A DNA stretch of 64,000 bases, from assembly GCA_963698075.1 (NCBI GenBank), contig OY969116.1:19881-83880 (forward strand). Direction: 5' to 3'. Shown piece by piece: positions 58,382-64,000 of this stretch. Numbering within the stretch: position 1 is the first letter of the stretch; the number at the start of each line of letters is the position of its first letter. The position numbers were made by a program, and so were the translations under genes. The notes under the pieces are model-generated. The model did no database searches, was not told the DNA's origin, and was given only the letters and a program-made list of their open reading frames with translations. The stretch is from an uncultured Candidatus Berkelbacteria bacterium. Lineage in GTDB: Bacteria; Patescibacteriota; UBA1384; UBA12157; JAENIV01.

Positions 58382-59145
58382 AGCGTTTCACATCGGTTCT
58401 GATCGCTATCGCTGTTCTGATGCTCGCTGCAACCACCCTCGTGGTGGCGCAGGAAGAGGAGCTGGTCGGCCATGTCCCGGAGCTCCAGCAGTACGTCGAG
58501 GTTTCAGTGTACCACGACACGACCGGTCGCACCGAGGCCGATCTGGCGCAGCGTGAGAAGCATTTCATCTCGACAGTACCTCAGGCCGGTGGTCTTCGAG
58601 GTGCTGTGCGGGAGATGGTGCTCGCGGGTGTCGTCCATGTGCCCGAGACCGGATGTGGGAACTACGTTCCTGGCCAGTCCGTCCACTACTGGTCGATGTA
58701 CCAGGCCTGGACGGGGCCGCATAAGGCACGGGTTCCAACGGTCGCTGGTCCGCAAGGTCCACAAGGACCCGAAGGACCACAGGGAGTTCCGGGTCCACAA
58801 GGGCCGCCAGGACCGCAAGGACCGTCGGGACAGTGCTATGTCCAGTACATCGAGACCCCGCGCGTCGTCTTCGCCCCGGACACGCGGGCGATCTGGGTCC
58901 CGCAGGGGAACCCGCCAATGTTGTACCAGGCTCCCGAGTGGTGGCAATATCTCCTCGGGCCAGCCACAGCCTATCTGGGGCGGGGCAGAACCAACATCTC
59001 CTTTACCCAGAGCCAAGTAGCACAGGGTGGCCGCGGCGGCAAGAATGTCAACGTAAATGACAATGACAACACCGCGGTCGGCACGGGTGGCGACGCCACG
59101 GCCAATGCTGGTGCCGCGGCTGGAGCGCAGTCTCAGTCGCAATGA
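58378..59145 (+). CDS. Secreted collagen-like protein with N/Q-rich C-terminus
   Basis: Signal peptide, about 10 Gly-X-Y triplets, GTGA overlap with the upstream gene. Confidence 0.8.
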   Translation: MKRFTSVLIAIAVLMLAATTLVVAQEEELVGHVPELQQYVEVSVYHDTTGRTEADLAQREKHFISTVPQAGGLRGAVREMVLAGVVHVPETGCGNYVPGQSVHYWSMYQAWTGPHKARVPTVAGPQGPQGPEGPQGVPGPQGPPGPQGPSGQCYVQYIETPRVVFAPDTRAIWVPQGNPPMLYQAPEWWQYLLGPATAYLGRGRTNISFTQSQVAQGGRGGKNVNVNDNDNTAVGTGGDATANAGAAAGAQSQSQ

Positions 59146-59176
59146 GATCATGCCCGGGTATAGCCCGGGTTTCGTA

Positions 59177-59205
59177 CCCCCCACTTCGAAGTCTGAGGTG
59201 GGGGC
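59177..59205 (+). terminator. Hairpin after the collagen-like gene
   Basis: cccccacttc...gaggtggggg followed by a T-rich tract. Confidence 0.55.
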
Positions 59206-59292
59206 AGTCTCTTGTTTCTTCAATCGAGGAAATAAAAGATTGCCTAAAGGTCGATAAAAGGTTTAAAAAAAAACAATTTAAAGGAGATCATC

Positions 59293-59892
59293 ATGACAAA
59301 ACTTATTGGTTTTCTTGCAACTGGCCTTGTCGTTTTAGCCTTTCCGGCCATTGCAGCTGCCAGTTCCAATGTTAACGTTTCAACCAATGACTTTACCTCT
59401 GTGAATGATTGGCTTGAATGGATTCCTGGTGAAGACACTGGTAATATTAACGTTAACGAAAACACCAACACTGCAATTGCAACCGGTGGAAATAGCACTG
59501 CCACTGCAGTCGCTGTTTCTCAAGCACAACAGCAGCAACAGACTAATAGTGACACCGATAAAAATACTGGTGGTCAGCAACAGCAGCAACAGCAACAAGA
59601 TGTCTCTGTTAATGCTGGCGGAAAAGGTGGAGTTACTGCTGAAGTAAAACAACAGCAACAACAGCAGCAAGGTGGCCAAAAACAAGAACAGCAACAGAGC
59701 CAAAAAGGTCAGCAACAACAGCAGCAACAAGTTGCTCAGGCTCAAAAGCAATCGCAGACGACCAAAGGTGGTACTTTACCAAACTCTGGTCCAGAATTAG
59801 CGGTTCCTTTTGCCTTAGCGACTCTTGGCACTTCAGTTGCGGCTTACCTTCGCCAAAAGAAACAGTTGGCAACCTTAGCGTTTCTTAAGTAA
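59293..59892 (+). CDS. Secreted Gln-rich protein with LPxTG-like sorting signal
   Basis: Signal peptide, polyQ tracts, LPNSG + hydrophobic segment + RQKK; AAGGAG RBS. Confidence 0.8.
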   Translation: MTKLIGFLATGLVVLAFPAIAAASSNVNVSTNDFTSVNDWLEWIPGEDTGNINVNENTNTAIATGGNSTATAVAVSQAQQQQQTNSDTDKNTGGQQQQQQQQDVSVNAGGKGGVTAEVKQQQQQQQGGQKQEQQQSQKGQQQQQQQVAQAQKQSQTTKGGTLPNSGPELAVPFALATLGTSVAAYLRQKKQLATLAFLK

Positions 59893-59991
59893 GAACATCG
59901 TTTCGCGATAACCTTGTTTTCTTCCGCCTTCGCGGAGCGAAAATAACCAAGCTTTTAATCGTACCTTACACATAGTTGTCGTAAGACAACG

Positions 59992-60026
59992 CAAGAAAAC
60001 CTGCCTTAAACGGTAGGTTTTCTTGT
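59992..60026. terminator. Intrinsic terminator
   Basis: caagaaaacctgcc-ttaaac-ggtaggttttcttg. Confidence 0.75.
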
Positions 60027-60057
60027 ATCTGGAGATATTTTCAGGTATAATAGACCT

Positions 60058-61029
60058 ATGGCCACCAAAGAAGAATTGGCAAAATTGCTAAAAATCGATG
60101 AGAAAAAAGCCAAGATCTCCGAGATTCAAAACGAGATGCAAAATCCCGTTTTTTGGCAAATCCCGGAAAAGTCAAAAACCATTACTCAAGAACTAGCTAA
60201 CCTAGAAAAAGAAATCGAGGAATTTGAAAAAGCTGGCACTCCTGCCGAGTTACATCAACTAGAATTGAAAGCAATTCTCGCGGATAAATATGATTATAAT
60301 AATGCGATTCTTTCGCTGCACGCCGGCGCTGGCGGCACCGAAGCTCAAGATTGGGCGGAAATACTTTTACGAATGTTTGAAAGATTTGCTGAGCGTCACG
60401 GCTGGCATTATCAAATCTTGGAAATTTCTCCGGGCGAGGAAGCAGGGATTAAATCGACCACAGTAAAAATCAGTGGCCCTTATGCTTTCGGGTTTTTGAA
60501 ATCTGAAGCCGGCGTCCATCGGTTGGTAAGGCTTAGTCCATTTGACGCCGACAAAGCACGGCACACCAGTTTTGCCTTGGTGGAAATTATTCCTGAGATC
60601 GAAACCGGCGAGGAAATCAAAATTGATGAAAAAGATTTGCGAATCGATGTTTACCGTTCGCGCGGCCACGGCGGCCAAGGTGTTAACACTACCGATTCGG
60701 CGGTAAGAATTACGCATCTTCCCACCGGCATCGTCGTCGCCGTCCAAAACGAACGCTCACAGCTACAAAATAAAACCACTGCCTTAAAAATTTTACAATC
60801 GCGTCTTTTAGCGCTAAAATTGAAGGAGAAAAAAGCAGCGGAAATCAAAATCCGCGGCGAACATCTTTCGGCTGGTTGGGGCAATCAGATCCGCTCCTAC
60901 GTTTTACATCCCTACAAACAAGTTAAAGACCATCGGACCGATTTTTCCTCCACCAATCCCGAAGATGTTTTAAATGGTAATCTGGACGGTTTCATCGAAA
61001 GTTATTTAAAGAAAGGAAAAAATGTTTAA
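60058..61029 (+). CDS. prfB: Peptide chain release factor 2, shortened N-domain
   Basis: GAGGTEAQDW, SPF, GGQ, WGNQIRSYV. Confidence 0.94.
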   Translation: MATKEELAKLLKIDEKKAKISEIQNEMQNPVFWQIPEKSKTITQELANLEKEIEEFEKAGTPAELHQLELKAILADKYDYNNAILSLHAGAGGTEAQDWAEILLRMFERFAERHGWHYQILEISPGEEAGIKSTTVKISGPYAFGFLKSEAGVHRLVRLSPFDADKARHTSFALVEIIPEIETGEEIKIDEKDLRIDVYRSRGHGGQGVNTTDSAVRITHLPTGIVVAVQNERSQLQNKTTALKILQSRLLALKLKEKKAAEIKIRGEHLSAGWGNQIRSYVLHPYKQVKDHRTDFSSTNPEDVLNGNLDGFIESYLKKGKNV

Positions 61030-61324
61030 CAAAGCCAGACAGCTTTACGATTTACAAAAAAAGGCGAGAGCCATTCAAAAAGAATTAAGAGACACCGAAG
61101 TTGAGGCCAAAGCCGCCGGCGGAGCGGTGACCATCGTTTTTAACGGCGAGCAACATATTCAAGAAGTTTCCATTGATGAATCGATGCTTGAGCCGGCCAA
61201 AAAACAAGAATTGGAGCATGCGCTCCAGCAAGCGATTGCCGAATGTGTTTCTCGAGTCCAAGCCGTTGCTGCCGAAAAAATGAAGGTAATCGCTGGCGAT
61301 TTAAATATCCCAGGAATGAGATAG
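61022..61324 (+). CDS. YbaB/EbfC nucleoid-associated protein
   Basis: Q..A..IQ.EL, A.GGAV...FNG, PG C-terminus. Confidence 0.88.
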   Translation: MFNKARQLYDLQKKARAIQKELRDTEVEAKAAGGAVTIVFNGEQHIQEVSIDESMLEPAKKQELEHALQQAIAECVSRVQAVAAEKMKVIAGDLNIPGMR

Positions 61325-61342
61325 CAAAGAAGTAATTACAGT

Positions 61343-62071
61343 ATGCAAAGTGTTATTTTTTATGGATTTTTATCCGTGGCTCCGCTCGTTATTGGTGCTT
61401 GGTTAGGCGCCTATCTTAATGTTAAAGAAAAATATCTTGGAGCAATTTCTGCCTTTGGCGCCGGGGCGCTGATAGCCGCTTTAACTTTTGGACTCATGGA
61501 AGAGTCGTTTAAGTTGGGTGGGTTGGATAATTCAATTATTGGGTTTGTTGTCGGTGGGGTGCTTTTTGTGGTTGGTGATCTTTTAATTATTAAGATCGGC
61601 GGTCGTGGACACCGGCGTTTTTACGATGTCGAAAGCTCAACCGGCTGGGGGATAGTATTAGGAGCAGTTTTGGATGGTATTCCTGAATCAATTGCCCTCG
61701 GAATCGGCTTACTTTTGAATAAAACAGTTGGTTTGCTGGTACTCGTGGCCATTATTTTAGCTAATCTTCCCGAGGCACTTTCTTCGGCCTATGATTTAAA
61801 AAGAGTCAAAAAATCAAATCGCGAAATTCTTCTAACCTGGGTTTTTGTCGCGATTGCTGGATTGGTCTTTGTTATTTTGGGTTATACTGTTTTTGCTCAC
61901 ATGTCTGAATCTGTGACCGCCACTTTTGAATCATTCGCCGCGGGTGCTATTTTAGCCATGCTCGCTGTTACCATGATGCCCGAAGCCTATAAAGAAAGCG
62001 GTTTGGATGCCTCGCTGGCAACAGTTTTGGGATTTTTGGTAATATTCATCTTATCGAAAGCGGGGATATGA
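61343..62071 (+). CDS. ZIP family metal transporter
   Basis: AFGAG, DGIPES, NLPEA, AAGAIL, MMPEA. Confidence 0.88.
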   Translation: MQSVIFYGFLSVAPLVIGAWLGAYLNVKEKYLGAISAFGAGALIAALTFGLMEESFKLGGLDNSIIGFVVGGVLFVVGDLLIIKIGGRGHRRFYDVESSTGWGIVLGAVLDGIPESIALGIGLLLNKTVGLLVLVAIILANLPEALSSAYDLKRVKKSNREILLTWVFVAIAGLVFVILGYTVFAHMSESVTATFESFAAGAILAMLAVTMMPEAYKESGLDASLATVLGFLVIFILSKAGI

Positions 62072-62631
62072 GACTTATCGTCGGGTTGGGAAATCCAGGG
62101 CCTAAATACGAAAAAACTCGACATAATATTGGTTTTATGATTTTAGAAAAAATTGCCGCAAATAGGGGAGTGGTTTTGAATGCGTGGCGTTTGGAGCCGC
62201 ATTATGAATCGCGTTTCGCCGAAATGGGGGATTTAGAGGACCGAATAAAATTAGTCGAACCCCAAACCTTTATGAATCAATCCGGCCGGGCAGTAAAATC
62301 GTGTAAAAATTATTGGAAAATTGACAGCGAGGACATTTGGGTAATTCATGATGATGTTGATTTGGAATTCGGGAAAGTCCGCATTAGTTTGGGTGGAACA
62401 TCGGCCGGGCATAAAGGAATCCAATCGATTATTGAAGCAATAGGGGGGAGCTTTTGGCGAATTCGTATCGGAGTAGGGAAGTCTGAGCAAATTCCGACCG
62501 ACGATTGGGTTTTGATGAATTTTAAAAAATCAGAAGCCGAGAAGTTATCTAAGATTATTGACGCGGTGGCTGATTTTGTGTTAGAATCTTTAAGTAAAGG
62601 TTTAGAAGAACAAACTATTAACATTAAATAA
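62068..62631 (+). CDS. pth: Peptidyl-tRNA hydrolase
   Basis: VGLGNPG, TRHNIG, TFMNQSG, HDD, GHKG. Confidence 0.96.
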   Translation: MRLIVGLGNPGPKYEKTRHNIGFMILEKIAANRGVVLNAWRLEPHYESRFAEMGDLEDRIKLVEPQTFMNQSGRAVKSCKNYWKIDSEDIWVIHDDVDLEFGKVRISLGGTSAGHKGIQSIIEAIGGSFWRIRIGVGKSEQIPTDDWVLMNFKKSEAEKLSKIIDAVADFVLESLSKGLEEQTINIK

Positions 62632-62708
62632 GATACGAACTACGAAAATTTACTAAAATACGAAAAAAATTCTTTAGTATTTTCGTATCCAATTCGTAAT
62701 TTCGTATA
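62632..62708. repeat. Empty periodic inverted-repeat element (pth|rplA)
   Basis: tacgaa units followed by ttcgta units. Confidence 0.75.
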
Positions 62709-62731
62709 GAAAACGACGTTAGGAGCGTATC

Positions 62732-63589
62732 ATGGGAACTCAAAGACCAGTAACTATTAGCGAAAGCCCTGAAGATATAGGCGGACCGATCGCCGAACAC
62801 CACGGCAAGAAGAAACTCAAAGCGAAAAGTGCAAAGCTTAAAGTAGAAGAGAAAATCAAAGAAGGAAAGTTTAAGAAAGAAAAACCTAAGACGCAAGAAG
62901 AAGCGAACGCTCCTGTAGAAAAGCAGGAAGCGAAGTCTCCCGAAGCCGAAGTCGAAGAAAAACCCAAGAAAGTCAAAGTTGGTAAAGCTAAAATCCGTTC
63001 TAAAAAATATCAAGAAATTATTAAACTTATTGATCGGACTAAAAAATACGGTGTTTCAGAGGCGATCGGTCTTGTAAAAAAAACATCACTTACCAAGTTT
63101 GATGGTAATGTTGAAGTCCATCTTCGGCTTTTGGCCAAGACGGGCAAACCGGAAAATTTACGTGGTCTCATCAAATATCCTCATCTGACCGGCAAATCGG
63201 TTAAGGTTGTGGTGATTGACGAAAAAATGGCCAAAGATATCGAAAAAACCGGCAAGGCAGACGCTGATATCTACCTGGCAACTCCAGCAATGATGCCTAA
63301 GATTGCCAAATTGGCCAAAATTTTAGGTCCAAAAGGCAAGATGCCCAATCCAAAGTCAGGCACGATCACCGAGAACACAGAAAAGACGAAAAAAGATCTT
63401 GAAACTGGCCAAGTTGAATATAAAACCGATTCTTTCGGCAATATTCATCAAATTATCGGCAAAGTCTCGGCAGAACCGAAAATCTTAGAAGAAAATTTCC
63501 AAGTCTTACTGGCTGCGCTTCCGCAAGATAGAATAGTATCGATCACTCTACACGCCACCATGGGCCCGGGAATAAAAGTCCAGTTGTAA
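62732..63589 (+). CDS. rplA: 50S ribosomal protein L1 with a long Lys/Glu-rich N-terminal extension
   Basis: KFD..VEVH, LGPKGKMPNPKSGT, GKVS, TMGPG. Confidence 0.92.
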   Translation: MGTQRPVTISESPEDIGGPIAEHHGKKKLKAKSAKLKVEEKIKEGKFKKEKPKTQEEANAPVEKQEAKSPEAEVEEKPKKVKVGKAKIRSKKYQEIIKLIDRTKKYGVSEAIGLVKKTSLTKFDGNVEVHLRLLAKTGKPENLRGLIKYPHLTGKSVKVVVIDEKMAKDIEKTGKADADIYLATPAMMPKIAKLAKILGPKGKMPNPKSGTITENTEKTKKDLETGQVEYKTDSFGNIHQIIGKVSAEPKILEENFQVLLAALPQDRIVSITLHATMGPGIKVQL

Positions 63590-63605
63590 ATTTTAAGAGT
63601 TCTCC

Positions 63606-63646
63606 AACCATGTAATTTACACTTACGAAGTGTAAATTCATTGGTT
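63606..63646. repeat. REP-like hairpin upstream of the transposase
   Basis: aatttacactt-acg-aagtgtaaatt, extended by aacca/tggtt. Confidence 0.7.
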
Positions 63647-63664
63647 AAATGTTACAATAATGAC

Positions 63665-64000
63665 ATGAGGAAAGAAAAACTGGCAAAAAATCAGGTGTAT
63701 CATATATTTTCTCGTAGTATTGCCGAGTTTAAGATTTTTAATAATACTGAAGATTATCTTAGAATGTTAGATCTGCTTCAATTTTTTAGTATTTTTTCCC
63801 CGCCGTGTAAATTTTCGAATTTTCTGAAATTACAGATAGTACAACAAGACGGTTTTCAAGTCTATTTTGATAAAATAGCTGCCGATCAAGAGAAGATTAT
63901 CTCGCTTGTGGCTTATTGTTTGATGCCGACTCATTTACATTTGATACTAAAACAGTTAAAAGATGATGGCATAACAATATATATGAAGAACGTACTCGAT
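63665..64000 (+). mobile_element. REP-associated tyrosine (Y1 HUH, IS200-like) transposase, truncated by the window end
   Basis: My translation MRKEKLAKNQVYHIFSRS...AYCLMPTHLHLIL matches the YH...R and YCLMPxHxH motifs; not in the ORF track. Confidence 0.85.

Noticed and set aside
57623-59223. Long antisense ORFs (250 and 239 aa)
   Set aside because: Shadows of GC-rich plus-strand genes that have RBS, signal peptides and translational coupling
1-64000. Alternative genetic code (UGA read as Gly)
   Set aside because: Conserved genes such as mraY, recJ, tyrS and cysS end at TGA at the expected lengths, and RF2 is present

Overview
Low-GC, gene-dense bacterial window using genetic code 11. It looks like Patescibacteria/CPR: compact housekeeping genes, shortened RF2 and L21, a large type IV pilin array and no biosynthetic pathways. 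Contents in order: a dcw cell-wall/division cluster (ftsI-murF-mraY-pgeF-murD-ftsW-murG-[PMT-type mannosyltransferase]-murC-murB-ftsQ), recJ, radA-PIN/TRAM, a class A PBP, tyrS/argS, a tRNA cluster with rpmG, a type IV pilus locus (pilB, pilT, pilC, pilD and 9 pilin-like genes), rnhA, ileS, rodA, rplU-secE-nusG-rplK, dprA-topA-recR, cysS, prfB, pth, rplA and the start of a REP-associated HUH transposase. Main unusual signals: (1) two adjacent 'Russian-doll' tRNA loci, each an intact tRNA (Thr-TGT, Tyr-GTA) inside an interrupted second tRNA with the same anticodon; (2) heptanucleotide-periodic inverted-repeat elements at five consecutive pilus gene junctions, three enclosing four-helix-bundle (IVS/Avd-like) genes and two empty, with similar heptad arrays in frame in radA, rnhA and topA; (3) three adjacent secreted-protein genes, two sharing an N/Q-rich amyloid-like motif; (4) two unannotated structured RNAs with near-consensus promoters. 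All calls are by eye from sequence and translation; no searches were run.
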